Assembly: GCA_965279515.1 (NCBI GenBank)
Contig: CBDIID010000003.1
Location: forward strand, 3,616,001 to 3,680,000
Direction of reading: 5' to 3'
DNA: 64,000 nt
Origin: Turneriella sp.
GTDB taxonomy: Bacteria; Spirochaetota; Leptospiria; Turneriellales; Turneriellaceae
Shown here: piece by piece, positions 9,264-19,127 of the stretch
Layout of the letters: every line of letters begins with the position of its first letter
How positions within the stretch are numbered: the stretch's first letter is position 1
Made by a program: the position numbers and the translations under genes
Notes under the pieces: model-generated
Database searches by the model: none
What the model saw: the letters and a program-made list of their open reading frames with translations, nothing else
Told to the model about the DNA's origin: nothing

Positions 9264-9959
9264 TTAAAGACCGCCGAACTTACGCTTGCGGCGGGCGAAT
9301 TCAAAGATCGCCGCGTCGACGTCGTCTTCGGCAAAATCGGGCCAGGTCTTATCAGTGAAGTAGAGCTCGGCATAGGCGGCCTGGTAGAGCATAAAATTTG
9401 AGAGCCGCAGTTCCCCCGCGGTGCGCACGAGCAGATCGACGTCGGGCAGCTCGCCCTGCCAGAAATACTTACGGAATTCCTTGGTCGAAGGTATTTTGAT
9501 TGTCCTTTTCGCCTGCTGGGCTGCAGCGAAAGCCGCTGCCGCACGGTGAATCTCATCGCGCGCGCCATAGTTGAGACAGAAGTTAGCCGTTAGTCGTCGC
9601 CCGCGCGCGGTCTTTACCATGGCGTCCGCCAAAAGCTCGCGGCTTTTTTTCGGTAAGCGCGAGATATCTCCGGAAGTGACAATCCGCACACCCTTCGCGA
9701 TCATCTTGTCGAGGCGCGTTGTAATGAATTCATTCAACAGCGTGAAGAGCGCCGAAATTTCGGGCCGTGGCCTGGCCCAGTTCTCGGTTGAGAATGCATA
9801 GAGGCTGACATAGGGAATTTTTATTTTTACCAGGTGGTCGAGTAACCGATCGACGGTTTCGGTACCGGCGCGGTGGCCTTCGCTGCGTTTTTTGCCGCGG
9901 GCTTCGGCCCAGCGGCCATTGCCGTCCATGATGACGGCAATATGTTTCGGTTTCTTCAA
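9264..9959 (-). CDS. uppS: Undecaprenyl diphosphate synthase
   Basis: HIAVIMDGNGRWA, YAFSTENWARP, NYGARDEI, RLSNFMLYQAAYAEL, WPDF. Confidence 0.97.
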   Translation of the reverse strand: MKKPKHIAVIMDGNGRWAEARGKKRSEGHRAGTETVDRLLDHLVKIKIPYVSLYAFSTENWARPRPEISALFTLLNEFITTRLDKMIAKGVRIVTSGDISRLPKKSRELLADAMVKTARGRRLTANFCLNYGARDEIHRAAAAFAAAQQAKRTIKIPSTKEFRKYFWQGELPDVDLLVRTAGELRLSNFMLYQAAYAELYFTDKTWPDFAEDDVDAAIFEFARRKRKFGGL

Positions 9960-10519
9960 ACCGTCATGATGTCTTTTTCTTTGGAAGTAAAAAGATCATC
10001 CATTTTTTTGATGTAGTCGTCGGTGTGTTTTTGCACCTGATCGGAGAAACCCTTGAGCTGGTCGTCGCTGACGCCGCCGCCTTTGAGTTTTTTCAGCGTA
10101 TCGTTGGCATCGCGGCGCACGTTGCGCACGGCAACTTTATAATCTTCGACTTTGCCCTTGGCAAGTTTAACCATCTCTTTGCGCGTCTCGCCCGACATTT
10201 CGGCGAGGTTAATACGAATCAGTGAGCCGTCGTTCGAGGGGTTGATATTTTTTCCCGATTTCTGTATTGCTTTTTCCACGGCCTGCAGCTGTGACTTATC
10301 CCAGACATCGATGGTGATGAGCCGCGCTTCGGGAGCAGAAATCGATGCGACCTGGTTCAGGGGCATGTTCTGGCCATAGACCTCAACCCGGATATCCTCT
10401 ACCAACGAGGGTGTTGCCCTGCCTGAACGAATCTGGGCCATCTGGTGCCCGAGATCGTCGAGGCTCTTCTGCATGCGGTTTTTCGCGTCGCCGATGATTT
10501 TATTCGCTTCGTCACTCAT
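9956..10519 (-). CDS. frr: Ribosome recycling factor
   Basis: [34 protein letters not shown]. Confidence 0.97.
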   Translation of the reverse strand: MSDEANKIIGDAKNRMQKSLDDLGHQMAQIRSGRATPSLVEDIRVEVYGQNMPLNQVASISAPEARLITIDVWDKSQLQAVEKAIQKSGKNINPSNDGSLIRINLAEMSGETRKEMVKLAKGKVEDYKVAVRNVRRDANDTLKKLKGGGVSDDQLKGFSDQVQKHTDDYIKKMDDLFTSKEKDIMTV

Positions 10520-11294
10520 AGAATACGCTGTCTCCTGTGGCGTCGATCAGGGTACCAATAGCTTCTCCCTGAACGGCTTTTTTGAGGTTACCCTCTTTAC
10601 CCATATCAAAAACCTGAATCGGCATCTTATTGTCGAGACAAAGCGAGAACGCCGTGGAGTCCATGACCTTGAGCTGCTGCACCAGCGCGTCTTTGAAGCT
10701 CAGGTGTTTGTAGCGTTTCGCCCCCGGGTTTTTTACGGGGTCGGAATCATAGACGCCGTCGACCTTAGTTGCCTTAAAGATGACATCCGCATCGAGTTCG
10801 ACGGCGCGCAGGGCAGCCGTCGTGTCGGTGGTGAAGTAGGGGTTACCCGTGCCCCCCGCGAGAATTACAATGCGTTTTTTTTCGAGGTGGCGAATCGCCT
10901 TACGGCGGATGAACGGCTCAGCGACCGACTTAATTTCAATCGCAGTCTGCAGCCGTGTGGTTAAACCTTCTTTTTCGAGAAAATCCTGGAGTGCGAGGCC
11001 GTTGATGACGGTGGCCATCATGCCCATGTAGTCGGCAATCGCGCGGTCCATACCGTCTGACGCCGCCGAAACACCGCGGAAAATATTGCCGCCGCCGATG
11101 ACAATGGCCATTTCAATGCCGCCGGTTTCGCGGTGGATCTCGCGGATCTCTTCGGCGAGACCACGGATAATTTTGACGTTGATACCTTGTTTGTCTTCAC
11201 CGGCGAGAACTTCGCCCGAGAGCTTCAAAACGACACGCCGAAAAGCCCTCCCCTCGGTATTTCCGCGGGCGGGTTTTTCTGCTGCGTTTGCCAT
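10512..11294 (-). CDS. pyrH: UMP kinase
   Basis: [42 protein letters not shown]. Confidence 0.97.
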   Translation of the reverse strand: MANAAEKPARGNTEGRAFRRVVLKLSGEVLAGEDKQGINVKIIRGLAEEIREIHRETGGIEMAIVIGGGNIFRGVSAASDGMDRAIADYMGMMATVINGLALQDFLEKEGLTTRLQTAIEIKSVAEPFIRRKAIRHLEKKRIVILAGGTGNPYFTTDTTAALRAVELDADVIFKATKVDGVYDSDPVKNPGAKRYKHLSFKDALVQQLKVMDSTAFSLCLDNKMPIQVFDMGKEGNLKKAVQGEAIGTLIDATGDSVFYE

Positions 11295-11295
11295 A

Positions 11296-11886
11296 TTACT
11301 TCAGTGCGTAGCGGACGAAACGGCCGACAGCGATATTTTCGCCGAGCGTTGCGATCGATGCCTTGATGATATCGCCGACAGTTTTTTCGGGTTCTTTGAC
11401 AAACCCCTGATCGAGCAGGCAGATGTCTGCGGCAAATTTTTTCATTTTGCCTTCGAGAATCTTGTCGACCTTATCGGCGGGTTTGCCTTCTTCGATGAGT
11501 GCCGCGCGTTGTAATTCGCGTTCTTTTTCGATCAGTTCGGGCGAAACCTCTTCTGCTTTCACAAACAGTGGGTTCGTTGCGGCGATGTGCATCGCGATGT
11601 TTTTACCGAGTTCGATAAACTTTTCGTTGCGCGCCACAAAGTCGGTTTCGCAGTTGAGCTGCACGAGTACACCGATCTTGCCGTTGTGGTGCACATACGA
11701 CACGATCGCGCCTTCAGACGCTTCGCGGTCCATTTTTTTCACGGCTTTGACGATACCGCGTTCGCGCAAGAGCGAAGCCGCTTTTTCGAGGTCGCCGTTG
11801 GTCTCTTCGAGAACTTTTTTACAGTCGAGAATCCCCGCGGCGGTCATCTCGCGGAGAGTTTTTATTTTTTCCTGATCTATTGCCAT
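11296..11886 (-). CDS. tsf: Elongation factor Ts (short form)
   Basis: [36 protein letters not shown]. Confidence 0.97.
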   Translation of the reverse strand: MAIDQEKIKTLREMTAAGILDCKKVLEETNGDLEKAASLLRERGIVKAVKKMDREASEGAIVSYVHHNGKIGVLVQLNCETDFVARNEKFIELGKNIAMHIAATNPLFVKAEEVSPELIEKERELQRAALIEEGKPADKVDKILEGKMKKFAADICLLDQGFVKEPEKTVGDIIKASIATLGENIAVGRFVRYALK

Positions 11887-11904
11887 GCTGATTTCGCCTT
11901 GAAA

Positions 11905-12720
11905 TTACGGAGTGCGTGCTTCTTCGTAGCGCTGTTCGATTTCTTCGAGGTCGTCGAGTTTTTCCATAGAAGTTTTGAGCTCGTTTTCGTCCATGCTCTC
12001 GCCTTCTTCGATTTCAACCTGCTGGAACTCCCCGCCTTCTTTGCCTTCTTCAATCGCGTTTGCCATGATCTCAAGGAACAGGGCTACAGCGCGGATCGCG
12101 TCATCGTTCGCGGGAATCGGGTGCTGGATAAGGTCGGGATTGCAGTTGGTATCGACCATCGCAAAGATCGGGATACCGAGAGTGTTCGCTTCTTTCACAG
12201 CGATCGTTTCACGCTCCGGGTCGACGACAAAGAGCGCGTCGGGCAGGTCGTTCATATCGCGGATACCCGAGAGGTCTTTGCGCAGGCGCGCGACTTCACG
12301 GTCGAGTTGCAGAATCTCTTTCTTCGTTTTTACAATTTCGTGTACGGTATTGGTTTCGAACGCCTCTTCGAGTTTACGCAGGCGCTGGATCGATTGTTTT
12401 ACCGTGCGGAAGTTGGTGAGAAGACCACCGAGCCAGCGGTTGCTGATGTAAAACATGCCGCAGCGTTTTGCCGATTTTTCGATATCAGCCTGTGCTTGTT
12501 TTTTGGTACCTACAAAAAGTACCTTGCCGCCTTTTGAGGCGAGGTCCCGCATGGCTTCGTACGCATCTTTCGCGAGTACGATCGTCTTTTGCAGGTTGAG
12601 AATGTGGATGCCGTTACGGGCAGTGAAGATATATTTTTTCATCTTCGGGTTCCAGCGGCGGGTCTGATGCCCGAAGTGAACCCCAGCCTCTAAGAGGCTT
12701 TTCATCGAAATGGTTGCCAT
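11905..12720 (-). CDS. rpsB: 30S ribosomal protein S2
   Basis: [37 protein letters not shown]. Confidence 0.98.
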   Translation of the reverse strand: MATISMKSLLEAGVHFGHQTRRWNPKMKKYIFTARNGIHILNLQKTIVLAKDAYEAMRDLASKGGKVLFVGTKKQAQADIEKSAKRCGMFYISNRWLGGLLTNFRTVKQSIQRLRKLEEAFETNTVHEIVKTKKEILQLDREVARLRKDLSGIRDMNDLPDALFVVDPERETIAVKEANTLGIPIFAMVDTNCNPDLIQHPIPANDDAIRAVALFLEIMANAIEEGKEGGEFQQVEIEEGESMDENELKTSMEKLDDLEEIEQRYEEARTP

Positions 12721-12914
12721 TTTAACTCCTAAGCTGTATTAAACAGCCTATAAATCCCTGGGCTGCGCCCGCCTCTGGTTCGGCACGGGAGATTTACCAG
12801 CCGGGTTTTTTCAAACCCGTTAGCGTCAGAAACTATATTTCAGACAGCCTGTCATGTTTTTTTGAACTTAGGGGCCTCGATACCGTCAAATTCATATCCA
12901 TTAGGGGGATTACC

Positions 12915-13661
12915 TTGTCCGCAAAATTCTATCCGCACTTTCTCATTCTTTCTTTTATACTCTCAGCCTGCAGTTCCAGTAAAGGAGCCTACCGTAGCGA
13001 GGCCTCGGGTGGCGACGGCGCGCAACTGGCCGCCTCACGGGGGCAGGGCGAGCGCGAAGCGGGTGAAAAAGACGGCACGGGCGCCATGGCGCCGGGAGCG
13101 ACTGCGCCCAAGAGTGCCATCCTCATCTACAACGCGACACTTTCGCTCGAAGCGACAGAGAGTGAGGTTAAGACCCTGACCGGCCAGATTGTCGACAAGG
13201 TCAAGGGGCAGGGCGGCTATCTTTCGCAGCGCTCTTCCAATTCGCTGACCGTGCGCGTACCGGCGAAGGAATTTACCGCCGCCAACGATTTTATCCGCAC
13301 CCTCGCCAAGGTGAAGTACGAGAACTCGACTGCGCAGGACATCACGATGCAGTACTCCGATCTTTCGATTCGCCTCGACGTGCAGCTGAAGATGCTCGCG
13401 CGTTACCAGGACCTGCTGAAAAAAGCGAACTCGGTTAAGGACGCGGTTGAGGTGGAGCGCGAACTTTCACGCATCACGGAGCGGGTCGAGCAGCTGAAGG
13501 GGCAGATTCGGTATTATGACAGCCAGGTTGCTTATTCCACGATCACGGTAAATTTTCAGGAACCGTATACGGCCTTCAACAAAGAGACCAAACCGGGGCC
13601 GCTGGGTTGGGTGTTCTATGGTCTCTATGTCGGTGTCAAATGGCTCTTTGTTTGGGATTAG
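12915..13661 (+). CDS. DUF4349-family lipoprotein
   Basis: Lipobox ILSAC; LTVRVPA, DITMQYSDL, VERELSRITERVEQLKGQ, VAYSTITV. Confidence 0.8.
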   Translation: MSAKFYPHFLILSFILSACSSSKGAYRSEASGGDGAQLAASRGQGEREAGEKDGTGAMAPGATAPKSAILIYNATLSLEATESEVKTLTGQIVDKVKGQGGYLSQRSSNSLTVRVPAKEFTAANDFIRTLAKVKYENSTAQDITMQYSDLSIRLDVQLKMLARYQDLLKKANSVKDAVEVERELSRITERVEQLKGQIRYYDSQVAYSTITVNFQEPYTAFNKETKPGPLGWVFYGLYVGVKWLFVWD

Positions 13662-13813
13662 ATACCCATGTTCTGAAGAGATCGGTAGGGTTTGGACGCA
13701 GCTTGTAAATGTTGTTGTGCGAAGCTGGCAATAAGTCGGTTAATCGGATTGTTTACAAGAGTCACCGGATAAAAATGACTTTACCATATAAGGATTTAAT
13801 ACTCGGATTACCT

Positions 13814-14194
13814 ATGAGATTACATATTGCAGGTATGATTTCTTTAACCTTTTTGTTTACTGGTTTTGTTGGGGCAGCCTCCCTAAAAGATGATCAAAAT
13901 AAACGCTGTTCCGTAACTAAAGAAAACCTTCGCAAAGCGGCGAAGGCTAGCTTCGAAGGATTGATCGCCTATGATCCAGGAAAGGATGTATACCTTGATC
14001 CAAAAGACTGCAAGCATGAGCCCATTGCGTGTGAGGATGACGGAAAAGACAGTATCGTTACCTTTCCTCTGACCTGCGGGTTGTTACATCATGCACCGAA
14101 TACACCTAAAGACAATACCTCTACAGGCGAGAAGCATTCCTTTAAAATTCGGGTTCGCGTAACTCCCGAAGGCAAAACCACCGTCCTGAAATAA
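13814..14194 (+). CDS. Small secreted Cys-rich hypothetical protein (paralog 1)
   Basis: Signal-peptide-like N terminus (start uncertain; ORF is open from 13709); clear similarity to the next ORF. Confidence 0.65.
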   Translation: MRLHIAGMISLTFLFTGFVGAASLKDDQNKRCSVTKENLRKAAKASFEGLIAYDPGKDVYLDPKDCKHEPIACEDDGKDSIVTFPLTCGLLHHAPNTPKDNTSTGEKHSFKIRVRVTPEGKTTVLK

Positions 14195-14202
14195 GCAGCC
14201 GT

Positions 14203-14595
14203 ATGGGCTCAGGAAAAGCCTTGAACCTTTTAATAGTTTGGCATATTGCTTTAATGGGTACAGTTTTCCCGACGGCAAAGGAGAGAAAACCTGAGTCGCG
14301 ATTATGTTGTGGGATTACAGAAGAGCACTTGCATAAGACTGCCGATGTGGCTTTAGAGGCACTTGTTGCTTATGACCCGGGTGAGAACTTAATGCTCGAT
14401 GCAGATAATTGCAAATATCATGATATGAGTTGCGTGGCGGATGGAAAAGATAGTATTGTAAGCATCCCATTAAGCTGTAAACTGTTACATTCTTTTCCAA
14501 ACAGTCCAAAACATAAGACTCAAACAGGCAAGACTCATTCTTTCACAATTCGCATTAGAGTTACTCCAGAAGGTAGAATGACCATTTTGAAGTAG
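14203..14595 (+). CDS. Small secreted Cys-rich hypothetical protein (paralog 2)
   Basis: Shares AYDPG, DGKDSIV, PLxCxLLH and HSFxIRxRVTPEG...LK with the upstream ORF. Confidence 0.7.
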   Translation: MGSGKALNLLIVWHIALMGTVFPTAKERKPESRLCCGITEEHLHKTADVALEALVAYDPGENLMLDADNCKYHDMSCVADGKDSIVSIPLSCKLLHSFPNSPKHKTQTGKTHSFTIRIRVTPEGRMTILK

Positions 14596-14626
14596 AGTTC
14601 AGTCTTCATGCTGGCTGGGGCAGGGC

Positions 14627-14732
14627 ATCTCTGGCGCGTACGGCCGCGATGAGCGAAGTGAATCTCCCCTTAGGGAAAGTACGCGAGCACCAAATGGCCC
14701 ATAGCGAGCGCAGCAGGTAATTATTGTTACAT
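14627..14732. repeat. Partial copy (right half) of a long hairpin repeat
   Basis: GGCCGCGATGAGCGAAG..CCCCTTAGGG..AGCGCAGCAGGTAA also present at 18188-18292. Confidence 0.75.
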
Positions 14733-14736
14733 GCCC

Positions 14737-15456
14737 TTAGCGTTGTATTGAATCGGCTTCGGTCACTGTTTCCTGAAGAAAAATAGAGCCTTTGCCGTCT
14801 TTGACGACCATTTTACCGCCTTTTGGCAGACCTTTGCCCCATTTGCCTTTTACTTCGATAAGTGCAGGCAGCCGATCATACTTTTGTAAGGACCCAAGAT
14901 ATGAAAGAAGACGTTCGTTTTTCTTGATAAAGTCATAAAAATCTTTGCGGATGACTCTTACGATATCAAATTTTAAGAGCAGCATGCCGTCGCCATCAGG
15001 CAAATTGTGTTGCCAAATGCCGTCATACGTGCAATAATCAACCGCAAAGCCTTCGTGTCTTGGAGGTACGGAGTTACCATCTTTATGGAACATCGCTTCA
15101 AATAGATCGCAGCTGCCTAAGATGCTTGTAAAGATCCCCTTTCCTGCCATCTCATCGTTTAGCCATTCGCCTATGTACCGGCCTCCACTGGAGAATATCT
15201 GCGTACCACGACCGTGGCGCTTGCCTTCAGACCAGTCTCCTGAATAGCCATACACCCTATCTTTTTTAAAAGCCTTTAGAGTCCCTTTACCATGAAATTT
15301 TTTATTTTGGAAATTTCCCTCATAATCGGAGCCATTCTTCAAGCTCAATCTGCCAAATCCATTTTCGCAATTTCCTTCACAGACTCCGGCTGCCGAAGTC
15401 AAACCTTGAGGGAACAGGAAAAATATGGTAATTAATTTTAGAAGGCTTCTGAGCAT
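14737..15456 (-). CDS. MORN-repeat secreted protein
   Basis: Signal peptide, CEGNCENGFG, and repeats YEGNFQNKKFHGKG, YSGDWSEGKRHGRG, YIGEWLNDEMAGKG. Confidence 0.85.
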   Translation of the reverse strand: MLRSLLKLITIFFLFPQGLTSAAGVCEGNCENGFGRLSLKNGSDYEGNFQNKKFHGKGTLKAFKKDRVYGYSGDWSEGKRHGRGTQIFSSGGRYIGEWLNDEMAGKGIFTSILGSCDLFEAMFHKDGNSVPPRHEGFAVDYCTYDGIWQHNLPDGDGMLLLKFDIVRVIRKDFYDFIKKNERLLSYLGSLQKYDRLPALIEVKGKWGKGLPKGGKMVVKDGKGSIFLQETVTEADSIQR

Positions 15457-15561
15457 AATAATTCCGCTAATGGCACACGACGTTGGATTTTACGCTGACG
15501 TTTTTTGATGCTTGTGTCAATTATTCAATCTGTAAAGTCGATTTGCGTCAAAAACTGTGGT

Positions 15562-15688
15562 CGTAGCGGCTCTGAAGGCAGAGACTCGCCTTCGGCTCGT
15601 CGCGCGACAAAGCACAAAATAATCAGCCCGCTTGCCGCTGGCAAGGCAACGCCTTGTGCTTTGTCAGCGATCTTGTGGCGCGTAGGGC
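15562..15688. repeat. Partial copy (left half) of a long hairpin repeat
   Basis: CGTAGCG.CTCTGAAGGCAGAGAC..CCCGCTTGCCGCTGGCAAGGCAACGC..GTAGGGC matches 18064-18190. Confidence 0.85.
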
Positions 15689-15863
15689 TGGGCCACAACG
15701 GATAACTTCTCGCAATTAGTATTCCAACACATGCCCCACCGTAAATAGACTTTACGCTTGATAGACCATGGGGTGCACAGCCTCGGTGGTAAGCCCTTGT
15801 GTTTTGTACCATAATCGCATACGCAAGACACCATAACTTTTTCATGCCTGCGCGGAGGCGTAA

Positions 15864-16541
15864 ATGCGTCTAGCGGCTTGGGCAAGTCTGTTGCTCGCGG
15901 AACTCCTGTTCATGGGTCATTTGGCAGCGATGAATCCGGAACCAGAAAAACCGACGCCTTCATCCCCACAGTCAGCAGCGAAACCCGAAGCCGTCCCCGG
16001 GGATTTTTGGCAGCGTGTTGAGGTTCATATCGGCGCGGGAGGCGGCTTTCACTTTGGCGCGAACAGCCTTTTCCGTTATGGAGTCAGCCTTTCCGAGTCC
16101 TTGGAATTCAGGTATGACAGGAATTTCGGTCTCTTTATCGGTTTTTCCTTCGGGCAACTGAATACAAAAAATGCCGAACTCATCGCGGGTAACTATTCGC
16201 TGAAGTTGGCTGAAGGTGGCGGCCTCAATCTCTTGTCTGCGCAGTTAGCGCCGCAATTCAGTTACTTTTTCGCCGACAAAATGCATGTGTCTCTAGCCGC
16301 CGGGGTTTCGCTCGTGCAACTTTATTCACGTGTATTCTATCCGGATGCGATTATTTCCGTTCTTGTTATTCCCGCCTTTTGGTATGAAGCTGCCGACAGA
16401 CTCGAATTAGGCGGTCGGGTAGCGATAAGTTATGGGAAGCTGAGCGGGGTCAGTGCCAATGGATCGGATTTGACGCTGACGAAAAGTGTTACGGTTTTAG
16501 ATATTGCCCTGATACTGGGAGCCCGCTACAGAATAAAATAG
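15864..16541 (+). CDS. Hypothetical outer-membrane beta-barrel-like protein
   Basis: Signal peptide, amphipathic beta-strand pattern, C-terminal LGARYRIK. Confidence 0.55.
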   Translation: MRLAAWASLLLAELLFMGHLAAMNPEPEKPTPSSPQSAAKPEAVPGDFWQRVEVHIGAGGGFHFGANSLFRYGVSLSESLEFRYDRNFGLFIGFSFGQLNTKNAELIAGNYSLKLAEGGGLNLLSAQLAPQFSYFFADKMHVSLAAGVSLVQLYSRVFYPDAIISVLVIPAFWYEAADRLELGGRVAISYGKLSGVSANGSDLTLTKSVTVLDIALILGARYRIK

Positions 16542-16542
16542 C

Positions 16543-17784
16543 TCATTTGTAATATTTGGGCGAACCGGAATTCCAGCGGTTGGCCACGATCTGATCGACT
16601 TCAGCCCAGGTTGTGGGAGGGTTTGCCCAGAAAACCACATCATCCAGATAACCGCGGAAGTACCTGTCGATGTTGTCGTAATAAGATCCAACGGTAAAGA
16701 AGCTATTCACTTGCCAGAGCGTCGACAATGTACTGGTGGCTTCGCTCCGGCTCTGCCCGTCGACGTACATCCGCACCTTAACGGAATCGACTGTATTGAT
16801 CTTAGCGACAACAACGTAATGCCATTGATCGTCGAAAACGTTTGCCGTGGATGTGACAACCGTCGTGGTTCCATTAGAAAGATATAACCGTAAACTTGGG
16901 TTTTGAATGAGCACAGACCACCCTGTGCCGGAACCTGATCCGCCCCAGGCAAAATTGCCCACGAGGCCCTGGAGATTAAAACTGTCCGCCGATTTCATCC
17001 AGAATTCCACGAGAAAATATTGTGTTGCAAAAACGCTGTTGTTGTTCCGGAAGTTCGTAGACGCAGTGTGGTATGGGCCGCGTGCGTTGCCGAAATATCC
17101 GGCAATGCTGTTGGTTGTACCGTTGGCCGTAAGGGGATATGTCCCGCGCGAGTCGGCGATGCCTCCCGTCGTCTCATCCATTTTCCAGTGCGTGGTCAGG
17201 CCGGTGGGGTAAGACAGATAATCTGCATTGAACGTAACGCGAATCGTGTAGTTTCCGGTATTCGGGCTGCCGATGCCACTGCCCGCGACGCGGATATAGT
17301 ATTTCCCCGGACTATTAAAGCGACCGTTGATCGTTGAACAAGGATTTGGTACGGGGCCGCTTACAGTTGAGGCGTTATCATTGGAGCTCAGTACAGTTGT
17401 GCCATCGGTAGAAAGTAGAATCAGAGTCGTATCAAGGCTACAGATATTTGTAGCAAGGTCATAGGTTAAAAAGGTGTACGTGCCCGCCGTATCGGTAACA
17501 GTCAGTGCGTAATAATCCACGTCTCCTACCGGCGTAATGCTTGAATTAATTGCAGTTCCGTTCGTCAGGTTCGTCGCGCAGGCAGCGGTATCGTTTCCAT
17601 CATTCGGGCAAGCGGGCGGCGGTGTCGGAGGAGGCGTCGAAGACCCCGAACCCGTTCCGGAAGTTGTGCCCGAGCCACCACCAGTCTTGGAATTGTCGTC
17701 CATTGTCAGGCTAGCACTCTTTGCGCACCCGGCCCCAAGCAAAGTCATTGCCAGTAAATAACAGACTGTGAGGGTGGATCGCAT
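16543..17784 (-). CDS. Lipoprotein with PPC-like and LamG/concanavalin-like domains
   Basis: Lipobox LLGAGC, G/T/P-rich linker, GDVDYYAL...GKYYIRV (PPC-like), HWKMDE...DDQWHYVVV...MYVDG...FRGYLDDV (LamG-like). Confidence 0.75.
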   Translation of the reverse strand: MRSTLTVCYLLAMTLLGAGCAKSASLTMDDNSKTGGGSGTTSGTGSGSSTPPPTPPPACPNDGNDTAACATNLTNGTAINSSITPVGDVDYYALTVTDTAGTYTFLTYDLATNICSLDTTLILLSTDGTTVLSSNDNASTVSGPVPNPCSTINGRFNSPGKYYIRVAGSGIGSPNTGNYTIRVTFNADYLSYPTGLTTHWKMDETTGGIADSRGTYPLTANGTTNSIAGYFGNARGPYHTASTNFRNNNSVFATQYFLVEFWMKSADSFNLQGLVGNFAWGGSGSGTGWSVLIQNPSLRLYLSNGTTTVVTSTANVFDDQWHYVVVAKINTVDSVKVRMYVDGQSRSEATSTLSTLWQVNSFFTVGSYYDNIDRYFRGYLDDVVFWANPPTTWAEVDQIVANRWNSGSPKYYK

Positions 17785-18063
17785 AGGTGCTTACGGGATG
17801 AGCGCCGAAAAGACAAAATGTCAACAATTTTTCATATGATATATCCGAAACTACACGGCATGTCGTTGCTACTAGGATTGCCTCACATGTCTCTTGCGCC
17901 TGAGAGACCTTAGCGGAGCTTCATTTCTACGTTTTCATCAGCATCTGGTTGCACCATCGATACGACGTCGGCGAATAACAAAGGCTGAGATGTTTCAAGC
18001 AACGGAGAATTCGCCTGAGACTTAATGACGCTTTGTTCAACTTTTCCGCTGGTAAGATCTGCC

Positions 18064-18292
18064 CGTAGCGCCTCTGAAGGCAGAGACGCGCCTACGGCTC
18101 GTCACGCGGCAAAGCACCAAACAAGCGTCCCGCTTGCCGCTGGCAAGGCAACGCGTTGTGCTGTGTCCGCGATCTTTTGGCAGGTAGGGCCGCGATGAGC
18201 GAAGCGAACCTCCCCTTAGGGGGCACGCGCGACGAGTCTTCGAGTCTCCGTCTTCGGTAGAGCTGCTGCACCGAACATAGCGCAGCAGGTAA
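18064..18292. repeat. Full-length long imperfect-hairpin repeat
   Basis: Contains both half-copies; arms GAAGGCAGAGAC..CTCGTCACGCG and CGCGCGACGAG..GTCTCCGTCTTC are complementary. Confidence 0.8.
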
Positions 18293-18314
18293 ATTTTGCT
18301 TGGCGAAGAACCGG

Positions 18315-19127
18315 CTAGTCACCACGGCTGCCGAAAATGCCAAGTTTTGCGGCAGCATTGCCTTTTTGGATATTACCTATTAATGACATGTATGCTTTTG
18401 CGGGCAAAGTTCGATAGAAGGCACTAATGATTGCCTTAAAGGGGGGATTTGTATCAACGTCATAATCCTGATTAGGTGCATAACCCTCTTTTTTAGCATA
18501 ATACAGCATGGCGGCTACTAAATTTTCAAAGAGGAGACTCCAGTTCGATGGAGCTTTTTCGAAATGTGGAGAGACTCTCTCAGATAACATAGTGATGTCC
18601 ATGTCAACGTAAAGCAAAAAGGCGTCAGCGCCATCTACAGGCTGCCCAGCTTTTGTATGAAAAATCGTCTCGGATCTATAGTCTTCCGTTCGTTCGGCCA
18701 GATTCAGACGAACAATCTCCATTTTGACTGCGTCGAGATCTTCCTTTAAGCTTCCAGACAGAGCTGTTAACTCGGTTCGAATTTTATCAAATTCCTGTTT
18801 TTCCACAAGTCTTGTCATAGTAAAATAGAGAGCGATAATTGTCGTCAAACCAAGCAGAATCGAAATTAATAGAATATAATGCTCTCTTTCACGCTCGAAA
18901 ATGCGCATTAGCTTTTCCTCCGGTAAGGCGCCGGAGAATTTGGTCAACTGGGAATTAAGCTCAGTCAATGAATCTTTCGAAATCTTAAGTCCATTCGCTT
19001 CGGGAGATACGTTCTCTATTTTCAAGGAAACATTTATTGTCGGAATAGATCTTGTACCATAAAGAAAAAAGGCAAAAAGCGCTATCGTTAAAATGTATAG
19101 TGTAATGATGAATGTTTTGTTTAGCAT
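18315..19127 (-). CDS. Hypothetical membrane protein (2 TM, AT-rich)
   Basis: ORF 18315..19169; ATG 19127 preceded by GGAG; two hydrophobic segments and a coiled-coil-like stretch. Confidence 0.65.
   Translation of the reverse strand: MLNKTFIITLYILTIALFAFFLYGTRSIPTINVSLKIENVSPEANGLKISKDSLTELNSQLTKFSGALPEEKLMRIFEREREHYILLISILLGLTTIIALYFTMTRLVEKQEFDKIRTELTALSGSLKEDLDAVKMEIVRLNLAERTEDYRSETIFHTKAGQPVDGADAFLLYVDMDITMLSERVSPHFEKAPSNWSLLFENLVAAMLYYAKKEGYAPNQDYDVDTNPPFKAIISAFYRTLPAKAYMSLIGNIQKGNAAAKLGIFGSRGD

Noticed and set aside
11296..11886. Short (196 aa) EF-Ts as a truncation
   Set aside because: The short form is a known natural type, and both terminal motifs are intact.
11587..12537. 316-aa plus-strand ORF and other long antisense ORFs (e.g. 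3217..3987, 33515..34210, 49277..49924, 61361..62065)
   Set aside because: Shadow frames opposite well-supported genes, with no recognisable motifs.
15525..15845. 106-aa minus-strand ORF
   Set aside because: About half lies in the hairpin repeat and no family is recognisable; at most a gene remnant.
17995..18035. Fluoride (crcB) riboswitch-like words (GGAGAATTCGCC...TAATGACGC)
   Set aside because: P1 and pseudoknot pairing do not hold and no same-strand gene follows.
14627..18292. CRISPR array or tRNA/rRNA interpretation of the repeats
   Set aside because: Repeats are long, irregularly spaced and separated by genes; no cas genes; no cloverleaf or rRNA motifs seen.
18092..18358. 88-aa minus-strand ORF
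   Set aside because: It is a translation of the long hairpin repeat.
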